A DNA stretch of 32,740 nt, from assembly GCA_030141605.1 (NCBI GenBank), contig JAQGDQ010001605.1, positions 1 through 32,740 on the forward strand, given 5' to 3'. A program made the translations under genes and the position numbers. The notes below the pieces were generated by a model, which did not search any database, was not told the DNA's origin, and worked only from the letters and a program-made list of their open reading frames with translations. The DNA is from Tubiluchus corallicola. Lineage: Eukaryota; Animalia; Priapulida. Below, in pieces: positions 1 to 11,318 of this stretch; the stretch's first letter is position 1, and every line of letters starts with the position of its first letter.

Positions 1-589
1 TATCTAACAAAAGCCAAATAGGTAATGAATAAGCAGACCAGTAAAGAAGTTGATACAGTAAATTCTACACTAATTATGAATTCACAACAAGCAAAATGAT
101 TAAGCAGACCTGAAGAAAAGAAATTGAAATACTAACAAATAGCTGAGCGTTTGAAAATAAAGTTAAATGAATTGAACTGGTTTCTACATTAAGAGAAGGC
201 TTATTAGGGTACATAGATAAACTTTCTTTTATTAATAAGTCCCAGTTATTTGTAGCTCTGGTCATAATATTGAAATTATTAAAATCCACTTTGTGGCTAG
301 AGGCACAAATATGGTCATTAATGCTGGATTGAGGAGAATTTTTTAATTTCTTGCCAGTTCTAGATGAAATACCCAATTGTGCACAAATTCTTACTTTAAA
401 GTGGCAGGATGTTTTGCCCTGGATAGTTTACACGAAGTAAAATACAAGTATGTAAACAGTTTATACATAGAATGTACTATAAGGATCTTCCATGGGATTT
501 GCTCTTTCTCATCTGCGTTAATGACTTACGCTTATTACTGTTTTCAGAACATGTTTGTTTACTGATAATAAGTTTTTTCTACAACTACT
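1..589 (-). mobile_element. Penelope-like element 3' fragment (degenerate GIY-YIG endonuclease), left arm of an inverted repeat; cut by the window start
   Basis: Reverse complement of about 1610-2196 (position 1 pairs with 2196). Minus-strand translation GKTSCHFKVRICAQLGISSRTGKK..SSINDH..HKVDFNNFNIM..LLIKESL..KPSLN..IHLTLF resembles the C-terminal half of PLE GIY-YIG domains (YIGxTxRHLxxRxxEH...ESLxI...PxLN). Confidence 0.75.
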
Positions 590-1390
590 GAATTATTGAC
601 TCTTCAATATTGTACTAACAGAGACCTAGAAAGGACAATAACTGGATTAAAACGAACAAATTGTCATTTAACTAAACCAAATCGAAATATAATTGTGAAT
701 TGGCAGTAAGCTTTCCCCCTACTTAAAGGAAAAGTCAAGCATTCTTCGAGGTTAGGCTTATTTCAATGTTCGCCAAAAATGTGAGAAGGATTTAGTAACA
801 AAGTGTGATAAGCGTCTCGTGTAATTAGTAAAAGCACTTCAGGCTTTGGCTCTCTTATTCTGAATGCACATTCTTCCACCAATGACGTCATTTTTCCGGA
901 GAAGGGAAACTGCACATTTTCAATTTCTCTCATAGATATGAGAAGTTTTTACAAAAATTAGACAGCTGGTTTTGTGATATTTTTCTATTCACGTAATTGT
1001 AAATGCAAGCGTAAACTCCCTGGGAACAAAAAACGCTTAAAATTCAATAGCTACTGAATTTTTGATAGAGCAGTGTACATCTGCCCGCACCGCACTGACG
1101 CTAGACATCACTAAACATGCCGAGCGACTATAACAGCAAGCATCTCTGAAGCTTATTCGGTCTCTGCGGATTTAGCGATTCGTGATTACGTGAAACTAAA
1201 TACGATTGCAACTTTAGTTATAGGAAAGGTTAATTTAATGAAAGTCTAGACAACCATAATTCACTGTACAATTTGCTGTGAACCAACATACAGTTTTGAT
1301 GTTCCTTGGTCGCCGCAGGACTTAGGTACCAATGTATGTAGAGGGCGTTGCAGGCACCGGCTGTAGACAGCGAAATGTCCTCCATACACA

Positions 1391-1399
1391 TAGTAGTAA

Positions 1400-1444
<45 letters not shown>

Positions 1445-1445
1445 C

Positions 1446-1528
<83 letters not shown>

Positions 1529-1529
1529 C

Positions 1530-1612
<83 letters not shown>

Positions 1613-1618
1613 TAGTAG
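1391..1618. repeat. (TAG)n microsatellite, about 76 units
   Basis: Direct reading; a few CAG/TAA/TGG interruptions; abuts the right PLE arm. Confidence 0.98.
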
Positions 1619-2196
1619 AAAACTTATTATCAGTAAACAAACATGTTCTGAAAACAGTAATAAGCGTAAGTCATTAACGCAGATGAGAAAGAGCAAATCC
1701 CATGGAAGATCCTTATAGTAATATTTCTATGTATAAACTGTTTACATACTTGTATTTTACTTCGTGTAAACTATCCAGGGCAAAACATCCTGCCACTTTA
1801 AAGTAAGATTTTGTGCACAATTGGGTATTTCGTCTAGAACTGGCAAGAAATTAAAAAATTCTCCTCAATCCAGCATTAATGACCATATTTGTGCCTCTAG
1901 CCACAAAGTGGATTTTAATAATTTCAATATTATGACCAGAGCTACAAATAACTGGGACTTATTAATAAAAGAAAGTTTATCTATGTACCCTAATAAGCCT
2001 TCTCTTAATGTAGAAACCAGTTCAATTCATTTAACTTTATTTTCAAACGCTCAGCTATTTGTTAGTATTTCAATTTCTTTTCTTCAGGTCTGCTTAATCA
2101 TTTTGCTTGTTGTGAATTCATAATTAGTGTAGAATTTACTGTATCAACTTCTTTACTGGTCTGCTTATTCATTACCTATTTGGCTTTTGTTAGATA
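1610..2196 (+). mobile_element. Penelope-like element 3' fragment (degenerate GIY-YIG endonuclease), right arm of the inverted repeat
   Basis: ORF 1821-2123 gives the same protein as 74-376(-). The frame extends upstream from 1779 as GKTSCHFKVRFCAQLGISSRTGK. Probably continues to the (TA)n tract at about 2236. Confidence 0.75.
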
Positions 2197-2233
2197 CTTT
2201 ATTAGTGCATAATGTTCTATACTGTAGGCTCTG

Positions 2234-2235
<2 letters not shown>

Positions 2236-2272
<37 letters not shown>

Positions 2273-2302
2273 TTTAAATATATATACTATATATTTATAT
2301 AG

Positions 2303-2362
<60 letters not shown>
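2236..2362. repeat. (TA)n microsatellite, interrupted
   Basis: Direct reading. Confidence 0.97.
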
Positions 2363-2367
<5 letters not shown>

Positions 2368-2744
2368 TTTCACTAAAACGCGTTCTTTCTCATCACAAAA
2401 CTATCGATGAAAGCAGTCACTGATCTCTACTGGAAAACAAAAACAAATCTTTGAAAAAATATTTGCAGAAGCAGAGCAAAATAGCTTTTAAAACGCTGCG
2501 AGATTCCAGCAGTAATACAATTTCCTGCTCCCAGGGGGCGCAGTTTAAAAATGCTACACGCGGTGCACTTTGTGAAGCCAATAATTCAGAAATCCGTTGT
2601 GTAATTTCCGTAGGAGAAGCGCACAGAGTTTTATTGCATTGAGATTACAAACTAATGCACCACCAAGTGCTATCCCTTGGATAAAAAATTCGAGTAAAAA
2701 TTCCATCAGATATTAAAATTCTTTTCTTCGAGGTACGAGAAATA

Positions 2745-3400
2745 ATAGTTTAGTTTTAGTTTAGTTGGTTTATTCTACTTGTCATGACAATAATAATGCA
2801 TATATGTAGCGATGTTAATAACAATAAAATTTTATAAAAAAACAAACATGTGAATAATAAAGTTTTAATTAATAAATTATCAGGATTGTCCAAAACGAAA
2901 AACATGTAGAAGTCAGGACCAATAGGGCAAACAGGAAAGAAAATGCGCAGGTGCCCGAATAAATGATAATTTATGGGAAGAGGAGGAGCAATATTCTAGG
3001 TGAAAGAGGAGGAAAATGTAACATAGAAATGAGAATGAAAAGTAGATTCACGGGAAATCACAAAAGATAAATGTAATAAAATGTAACACATATCAGCATG
3101 GCAATCGAAATCGCAAGTGAGGAAAGCAATTAAATTATGTAAAGTTCAGACTTGTTGTCTTAATTAGTTTAAAACAATTCGTATTTCTGCTTTTTCCTTT
3201 ATATGATTTATATAATAACAGCTGTTATTTCTTTTCAATATTCTATTTTTTTATTTTTTAATTTAAAGTTACTTTTTTATAAACATATTTTATTTTCATA
3301 ACCTTTGGTATAAAGAAAGAAAAGCAGATTGGCATAGCTTAGGAATGAGTAAGTCTAATACAAGCTGAAACATTTGCAATTAGACATCCGTATTTTAACA
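2745..3400 (-). mobile_element. Possible highly decayed L2/CR1-group LINE 3' end
   Basis: On the minus strand AATAAA is followed by a (CTAAA)-like tail at about 2745-2775; only weak ORF2 C-terminal-like remnants (LLIPK) near 3300-3360. Boundaries approximate. Confidence 0.25.
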
Positions 3401-3421
3401 GCGAAAGTTCATCGACAGCAG

Positions 3422-5660
3422 TTTAGTGATATAATTGCTATTATATCAAAAATAGTTTTATTTTGGTCAATTTAGCGATATAAATGTTAAAGCAACGTTT
3501 ACTGAATCGATTGTAGCTTTTATAAATTCCCATATTATATCAAAAATAGTTCTATTTTGGTCAAAATTTAGCGATATAAATGTTAAACTAATGTTTACTG
3601 AATTGATTGTAGCTTTAATAAATTCCCATATTATATCAAAAATAGTTTTATTTTGGTCAACATTTAGTGATATAAATGTTAAACTGACGCTTACTGAATC
3701 GATTGTAGCTTTAATAAATTCCCATATTATATCAAAAATAGTTTTATTTTGGTCAACATTTAGTGATATAAATGTTAAACTGACGCATACTGAATCGATT
3801 GTAGCTTTAATAAATTCCCATATTATATCAAAAATAGTTTTATTTTGGTCAACATTTAGTGATATAAATGTTAAACTGACGCTTACTGAATCGATTGTAG
3901 CTTTAATAAATTCCCATATTATATCAAAAATAGTTTTATTTTGGTCAACATTTAGTGATATAAATGTTAAACTGACGCTTACTGAATCGATTGTAGCTTT
4001 AATAAATTCCCATATTATATCAAAAATGGTTTTATTTTGGTCAACATTTAGTGATATAAATGTTAAACTAATGTTTACTGAATCGATTGTAACTTTCATA
4101 AATTCCCATATTATATCAAAAATATTTTATTTTGGTCAACATTTAGTGATATAAATGTTAAACTAATGTTTACTGAATCGATTGTAACTTTCATAAATTC
4201 CCATATTATATCAAAAATATTTTATTTTGGTCAACATTTAGCGATATAAATGTTAAACTAATGTTTACTGAATTGATTGTAGCTTTAATAAATTCCCATA
4301 TTATATCAAAAATAGTTTTATTTTGGTCAACATTTAGTGATATAAATGTTAAACTGACGCTTACTGAATCGATTGTAGCTTTAATAAATTCCCATATTAT
4401 ATCAAAAATAGTTTTATTTTGGTCAACATTTAGTGATATAAATGTTAAACTGACGCTTACTGAATCGATTGTAGCTTTAATAAATTCCCATATTATATCA
4501 AAAATAGTTTTATTTTGGTCAACATTTAGTGATATAAATGTTAAACTGACGCTTACTGAATCGATTGTAGCTTTAATAAATTCCCATATTATATCAAAAA
4601 TATTTTATTTTGGTCAACATTTAGTGATATAAATGTTAAAGCAACGTTACTGAATCGATTGTAGCTTTCATAAATTCCCATATTATATCAAAAATATTTT
4701 ATTTTGGTCAACATTTAGTGATATAAATGTTAAAGCAACGTTGACTGAATCGATTGTAGCTTTCATAAATTCCCATATTATATCAAAAATATTTTATTTT
4801 GGTCAACATTTAGTGATATAAATGTTAAACTAATGTTTACTGAATCGATTGTAACTTTCATAAATTCCCATATTATATCAAAAATATTTTATTTTGGTCA
4901 ACATTTAGTGATATAAATGTTAAAAACGTTGACTGAATCGATTGTAGCTTTCATAAATTCCCATATTATATCAAAAATATTTTATTTTGGTCAACATTTA
5001 GTGATATAAATGTTAAAGCAACGTTGACTGAATCGATTGTAGCTTTCATAAATTCCCATATTATATCAAAAATATTTTATTTTGGTCAACATTTAGTGAT
5101 ATAAATGTTAAAGCAACGTTGACTGAATCGATTGTAGCTTTCATAAATTCCCATATTATATCAAAAATATTTTATTTTGGTCAACATTTAGTGATATAAA
5201 TGTTAAAGCAACGTTGACTGAATCGATTGTAGCTTTCATAAATTCCCATATTATATCAAAAATATTTTATTTTGGTCAACATTTAGTGATATAAATGTTA
5301 AAGCAACGTTGACTGAATCGATTGTAGCTTTCATAAATTCCCATATTATATCAAAAATATTTTATTTTGGTCAACATTTAGTGATATAAATGTTAAAGCA
5401 ACGTTGACTGAATCGATTGTAGCTTTAATAAATTCCCATATTATATCAAAAATAGTTTTATTTTGGTCAACATTTAGTGATATAAATGTTAAAGCAACAT
5501 TTACTGAATCGATTGTAGCTTTCATAAATTCCCATATTATATCAAAAATATTTTATTTTGGTCAACATTTAGTGATATAAATGTTAAACTAATGTTTACT
5601 GAATCAATTATAGCCTTCATAAATTTTCATATTACTCAAAAATATTTTTATTTTTGTCAA
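3422..5660. repeat. Minisatellite, 95-96 bp unit, about 23 copies
   Basis: Unit ATTTAGTGATATAAATGTTAAA(CTGACGCTT/GCAACGTTG/CTAATGTTT)ACTGAATCGATTGTAGCTTT(A/C)ATAAATTCCCATATTATATCAAAAATA(G)TTTTATTTTGGTCAAC. AATTCCCATA recurs at 3621 and 4101 (5x96), then 4291 (2x95), and at 5051, 5241, 5431 (2x95 steps). Confidence 0.98.
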
Positions 5661-5834
5661 GATTAAAAAGTAAATATGAATTTTAGTTTAAATGTTTTAT
5701 TAATTAGTACCGACTGGAAGAAACTTTTAAGAACGCATCCGCGAGAAGACCATGCAAAATCGAAAAATTATCCGTGTCTCCGTGTCTGTTAATTCCACGT
5801 CATGACCTGACATTTCTTACAACAGTGTGGAGTG

Positions 5835-6285
5835 TTAGAAGTTTTCCTTAGATTTATTATATAACCTATCGCGATGATGCTTTTGTGTTGTTATGTTGAG
5901 ATTCATCCAAGGATCATTTCCGGAATGAATCGTTACTGTTTGATTTGGGATAGATCCACAACACACTTTGTAAATGCATCTATAATTAACTTGAATGTCT
6001 GGTTTACATTGAGAGTTATTAAAGCATCCAGATGAAACTTGGTAATTGATTAAAAAAATACAGAGTATCAACATTTTCTGATTTCTAAACTTTCCTCGCA
6101 TACCTTTTTAGTTAATACATATATAAATTTCATATGGCTCAATATAGGACAGTGTCTGCATGTATCGGCAGTCGCTGTCTGTACAAACGTCCCAGTAAAC
6201 CAGTTTGGAGTATTTGTAATGATAAGATCTAAACACGATTTTGACTCTGGTGAAATGTGAGTGGCTTCGTTTGTTAATTAATGCA
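5835..6285 (-). mobile_element. Decayed non-LTR retrotransposon (CR1/L2-group) ORF2 fragment: end of APE endonuclease plus linker
   Basis: Across frameshifts on the minus strand: NEATHISPESKSCLDLIITNTP (cf. NEPTH...LDLIITN), RHCPI (cf. SDHCPI), YARKV*K (cf. YxRKVW), IPNQTVTIHSGNDPWMN..HRDRLYNKSK (cf. IPNKTV...PWxN...RDRLYKKAK). Confidence 0.75.
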
Positions 6286-6681
6286 GACATTAATTACGTA
6301 AATGATACAAAATCTGATTCAACCCTTCTCTTCTCCTCCCGTTTCCTCTCCTCTTGTATTTCTGCTTTGAAATATATTATTATTTTAGGTGTTGAGGTAA
6401 CATTAGCTAGGTGGTAATATTAACACAGGTGGCAACAGGACGAGAAGCCTAATTAAACACCAGAAAGATGTGGCAGACAAAACTAACATATAGATTCACA
6501 CCTGGTGAATTAGTGCACACACTATTATGATTAATGCAAATATATGACAAAGTACATGAAACACAGTGGCATTGTAGTTTAAGTGGTCAGCTGAAAACAT
6601 TTTCATTTTCGCCGCATAGTCATATTATGACTGTATAATGTGAATCAGCTAAAGTTTATGATTCGATTTTCCAAAGCAAAA

Positions 6682-8064
6682 ATGTCATTTGCATCATTTC
6701 TGAAAACTTGTGCCATTGTTTTTTATTTCCTTGAATGTTTTTGCATCAAAGGAACGTTGTGTAAAACTAAAACAAGGACTGAAAATTGCAACAGCTTGTA
6801 TAACCAGTACAATTTAGATGCGTTTTATGTTAAAAACTGCAGAACACAGGGTTATTTACTCCACGGAGAGATGCTTCGAGTGGGAGCCTGGAGAGGCGAT
6901 CCGATGAAGCCATATCTAGATCAACTGCTTCCGATGCTCAGCCAAGCAGCAAACTTCACGTACAAAGTGACGTACATCAAATATTTGGAAACTCAAAAAA
7001 ATGCAATTGATACAGGAGAATTCGACTTGTTTTTGGCATTAACTACAATGATACCAGAAAGAACAAAAACTATGACGTTTCTTCACCCACTTGTTTATAG
7101 TTCTCATGTATTTATCACAAAAAGACATCAATTACAAGGTTTTAATATAATAGACCCATTCACCACACTCGTGTGGCTGCTTCTGCTATTATATGGCATA
7201 GTAGTGGGTACAATACTTTACTATATTGACTACAGCAAAAACCTGCAGTGCCACGAGGAAGAGATTACAAAATGCAGCAACTCCCAGAGAAAACTGGAAA
7301 AACCAGTGATAAAGAATGAAAGTAAGGCGTACTTTACTCAGTTGACACTGTCGTCGTACCTCCAACAAGGTGGAACATATTTACCACAATGTTTATCCGC
7401 TAGAATGCTTATTGGATGGTGGTGGATTTTTGCTTGCATCATCACGGCCATGTACACGGGCACAATGGTTAGTAGATTATTTGTAAGCAAGCAAGTTTAT
7501 CCATTCACTACATTGCAAGAGTTGATAGACTGTGACATAATTCCTGTTACAATAGGTCAGTTGAGCGGCACCACGCAAATGAAAAACAGACCAGAATTTA
7601 GACAACTGTGGCAGAGAACGAAAGCGGATCCTAATGTACCTGCTGACAATGAAGAAGCGGCATTAGAGCTGACAGCTACTGGAAAATACACCTTCTTCAC
7701 AGAAGAGACTTACGCGAAGCTCTTCTTAATTAAGGATTATGAATTACATGGAAAATGCAGATTTTCCGTTTCCCCGTTTTTGAGATTTTCATCAGCATCA
7801 GCATTAGTTGTACCACAGAATAGTAACTACACTGAAGCCCTAAACTTTGCTCTTGCTACATTAAAGGAACACGGTCTTGAGGACAAACTGCTACAACAGT
7901 TACTGCAACCATCGGAAAAATGTTTAGACTCACCTGTTCAGCATGTAGGCACGTTATCAATTAATCCTGAGCAACTTAAAGTAGTTTTTTGGGGGTTGAT
8001 GTCTGGAATCGGTGTAGCATTGTTTACATTTATTAGCGAGCTTGCTTACAAGAAATTCATGTGA
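6682..8064 (+). CDS. Ionotropic receptor (variant ionotropic glutamate receptor, IR family), single coding exon, about 460 aa
   Basis: Uninterrupted ORF with S1 (FDLFLALTTMIPERTKTMTFLHPL), M1 (PFTTLVWLLLLL), pore (SYLQQGG), M3 (WWIFACIITAMYTGTMVS, cf. SYTANLAA), S2 (PFTTLQEL..SGTT..KYTFFTEE..C..LKEHGL..C) and M4 (LKVVFWGLMSGIGVALFTFISE). In-frame TGA at 6628-6630. ATG 6682 has a CAAAAATG context and is followed by a signal-peptide-like stretch; alternative ATG at 6658. Confidence 0.93.
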   Translation: MSFASFLKTCAIVFYFLECFCIKGTLCKTKTRTENCNSLYNQYNLDAFYVKNCRTQGYLLHGEMLRVGAWRGDPMKPYLDQLLPMLSQAANFTYKVTYIKYLETQKNAIDTGEFDLFLALTTMIPERTKTMTFLHPLVYSSHVFITKRHQLQGFNIIDPFTTLVWLLLLLYGIVVGTILYYIDYSKNLQCHEEEITKCSNSQRKLEKPVIKNESKAYFTQLTLSSYLQQGGTYLPQCLSARMLIGWWWIFACIITAMYTGTMVSRLFVSKQVYPFTTLQELIDCDIIPVTIGQLSGTTQMKNRPEFRQLWQRTKADPNVPADNEEAALELTATGKYTFFTEETYAKLFLIKDYELHGKCRFSVSPFLRFSSASALVVPQNSNYTEALNFALATLKEHGLEDKLLQQLLQPSEKCLDSPVQHVGTLSINPEQLKVVFWGLMSGIGVALFTFISELAYKKFM

Positions 8065-8194
8065 AAATCAATAGATATTGTACTAACCCTTCAATCTCCA
8101 ATCATTTACCCTTTTCAAGGTCATCAATAACTGCTGCTTGTTGGCTGACCTTAAACAGTTTTCTTATCTAATGGTGGATGAACATGTGCAGCTG

Positions 8195-8345
8195 AAAATA
8201 AGTTTTGGGCTTTAAAATCAAAACTATACTCGACTAAGAAGCATTTTAAACTACATGGGCCTAAATGTATTTCCACCTAATATCAATGCACATATAGCAT
8301 GTTAGAGAAATAATGTTTTAAGGCCTAACCAACAAAACAAGGAAC
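8195..8345 (+). repeat. Dispersed repeat copy (related to 11178-11318); probably part of a DNA-transposon relic
   Basis: Shares AAGTT(T/A)TGGG..TTAAAATCAAAA..TACTC(G/A)ACTAAGAAGCA(T/C)TTTA..TATTTCCA..GTTTTAAGGCCT..CCAACA with 11178-11318. Confidence 0.65.
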
Positions 8346-9634
8346 AAGAACATGTACATCTTTTGTCGGCCATCTTTCTTGGACGTTACATTTCAGCTAT
8401 TTTTCGACTAGATACCACCAGAAAAATGTGCCATCTACTATTAGTATCATTTTTGGTCAAAACAAGCTTAATTTGTTGACATTAGTAAGCTGATGCACAG
8501 GAAAAATCCTAAAACAATATTTTAAGTGTATTTGGCGGCCATCTTGGAAATTCAAAAACTCGTCAACTTTTCCAAGCCGACACTCGTTAAATTCTGTATC
8601 GGAGTTCAGAACTGCATGGAAAGTGCAAAAAATGTGTATGGAATAAAACAAGGTCATATAGCTGACCACTAGTCTAGACTGTTTCATTTACCATTTTGGT
8701 GAAGAAATTCAATAGTTTAATCAATTTTTAATACTATAATGTACTTAATTTCGCAATTACTTTCTATTAAGCTGCTCCGTTACAAATTAACACTGTACCC
8801 GCCAACATATTTTGCTACAATTTGCTACACACGGCACAAAAGCTACGAAAGACTGAAGCCAAAAACTGTCTGATATAGAGCGCGGTCAAATAACTGTTTG
8901 TGGCGTGTTATATTAATTTCCCCAAAATTACATAAGCAATGAATACTCAGCCCCAGCTTGAGAAGACGCTTGTATTTGTGCCCAGTTTGGGTGCATTTCG
9001 AAATATTTGTGAAATTTCAATCACGTCACACCAGGCGGCGTCTCAGTAACAGAAACAATGCACTTTTGAGTTTGACGAACTCTCGCACATGTCTAACTAT
9101 AATTTATTAGCGGAAGTCCTGGCAGGATAAAGACGTTGTCATGGTAATAGCATTCTAACGGAAATTATGTGATTAAAGCTTCTGAACGTCAGTGTAAATT
9201 AATAAACGATCTTTAAATGAAATGGCTTTCACGCGAGGAATTATTGTCTATCCCGACCAAGTCCTGGTAATTTTACCTCAGTTCTTTTGTGTGTTCATCA
9301 TTTCACTGCTTTGCTTGCCGTTTCAATCATTCGTGTTTTAATGAACATTATGGCAGTAATGGCAGCACAGGTTACGAGTTTTGCAGAAAGATAATAATCT
9401 TCTTGGACCAAGCGTTGCCAAACGTTTTCGTATATTTTCTTATTTTCAACTCTGAATCGGGTAATGCGTCACAGGTAGAGAAGTTTAGGTTAATGTCGCA
9501 AAAAAGACCACAGGGAAAGGGTTACAGCAAAAAAGGTACAAGAAAAAAATTAAACCCAATCCTAACCCTAAACATAACCCTAGCCAAATTAATTGTGCAT
9601 TTTTTTCTGTGACTTTATTACCGATCATCTAAAC

Positions 9635-10425
<791 letters not shown>

Positions 10426-10722
10426 TCATTCACTCACTATCGCAATACTAAAATTCCTTTACAAAAAACTTGTAAGCCTATACGTAACTTTGTCAGTTAA
10501 CACACAGACAACTGTGGGTTCATGGTTTAGATCATTCCACAGTAAATAATGAGGCCCCACATTAGCTGGCACGTTATTGATAAATCGTGAAGAAAGAAAC
10601 TTGTATCGGCGTTTCATAAAAGGTGCATCGATTTTCGACTTTCATTTATAGTACGAACTGTACCTGCCTAACACCATCTGTGATGAGGACTTCATTTCTA
10701 TTGTGTGAAGTCTCTTATAATA

Positions 10723-11032
10723 AAGTACGTACAGTATTTTGTTTCTGATTCGATGTAACTTATTCCGTCGTAATGGTAAGACTCGGACAGAAATAGTATA
10801 ATAGAATTTTTGCACAAACATTCAGTAACTCATACAGAGTAACATATTCGATATCATTAATAATAACGGATTTTGTATGTACGTATTAATTAAGTACGTA
10901 CAGTATTTTGTTTCTGATTCGATGTAATTTATTCCGCCGTAATGGTAAGGCACGGACAGAAATAGTATAATAAAAAATTGATGCACAAATATTCAGTCAC
11001 TCATACAGAGTAACATATTCAAAATCATTAAT
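10723..11032. repeat. Diverged tandem duplication, period 169 bp (about 140 bp homologous)
   Basis: AAGTACGTACAGTATTTTGTTTCTGATTCGATGTAA...CTCATACAGAGTAACATATTC starts at 10723 and 10892. Confidence 0.9.
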
Positions 11033-11177
11033 CAATTACGTCTGTGATTGCCAGACTTTCTTACAAACCATTACACGTTATTTAACCAATTATTACCCAT
11101 TGCCGGTGATGAGTTAGAGAAAGGAGACATTGAGAAAGGAGGGACTATTAAAAAAATCATCTAGAATCTACATTGTG

Positions 11178-11318
11178 GAAAAAGTTATGGGTGTTAAAAT
11201 CAAAATTACTCAACTAAGAAGCACTTTAGACAGCTTTGCCCTATTTCCAGCTGATATAAAAAATGCTTATGGTCCATTAGATAAATAGTGTTTTAAGGCC
11301 TGGCCAACATACATGAGA
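11178..11318 (+). repeat. Dispersed repeat copy (related to 8195-8345)
   Basis: Same shared blocks as 8195-8345. Confidence 0.65.

Noticed and set aside
100-135. Hammerhead ribozyme core (CTGAAGA...GAAA) in the PLE arm
   Set aside because: Antisense to the element, and no stem II or flanking stems can be formed.
723-920. Kolobok-like left end (TTAAAGG..., TGACGTCA)
   Set aside because: No matching right terminus found in the window.
1230-1718. Poly-T/L/S/V ORFs
   Set aside because: Translations of the (TAG)n microsatellite.
74-2123. Two identical 100-aa ORFs as a host gene pair
   Set aside because: TTG starts inside a truncated PLE endonuclease; identity comes from the inverted repeat.
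3467-4632. 32-aa repeat proteins on both strands
   Set aside because: Result of a 96-bp unit; frames break as soon as 95-bp units appear.
3422-5660. CRISPR array (also considered for 17921-19181)
   Set aside because: Head-to-tail units with no unique spacers, eukaryotic context, no cas genes.
5835-6101. Secreted cysteine-rich peptide (MLILCIFL...C..C..C..CC)
   Set aside because: Better explained as a frameshifted LINE endonuclease-linker region (IPNQTV..PWMN..RDRLY).
9550-9587. Interstitial telomere (CCCTAA-like)
   Set aside because: Only a few degenerate units; too short to call.
10679-10716. Hammerhead or SECIS at TGATGAGGACTTCA...TGAAGTC
   Set aside because: A simple hairpin; lacks the GAAA core and SECIS geometry.
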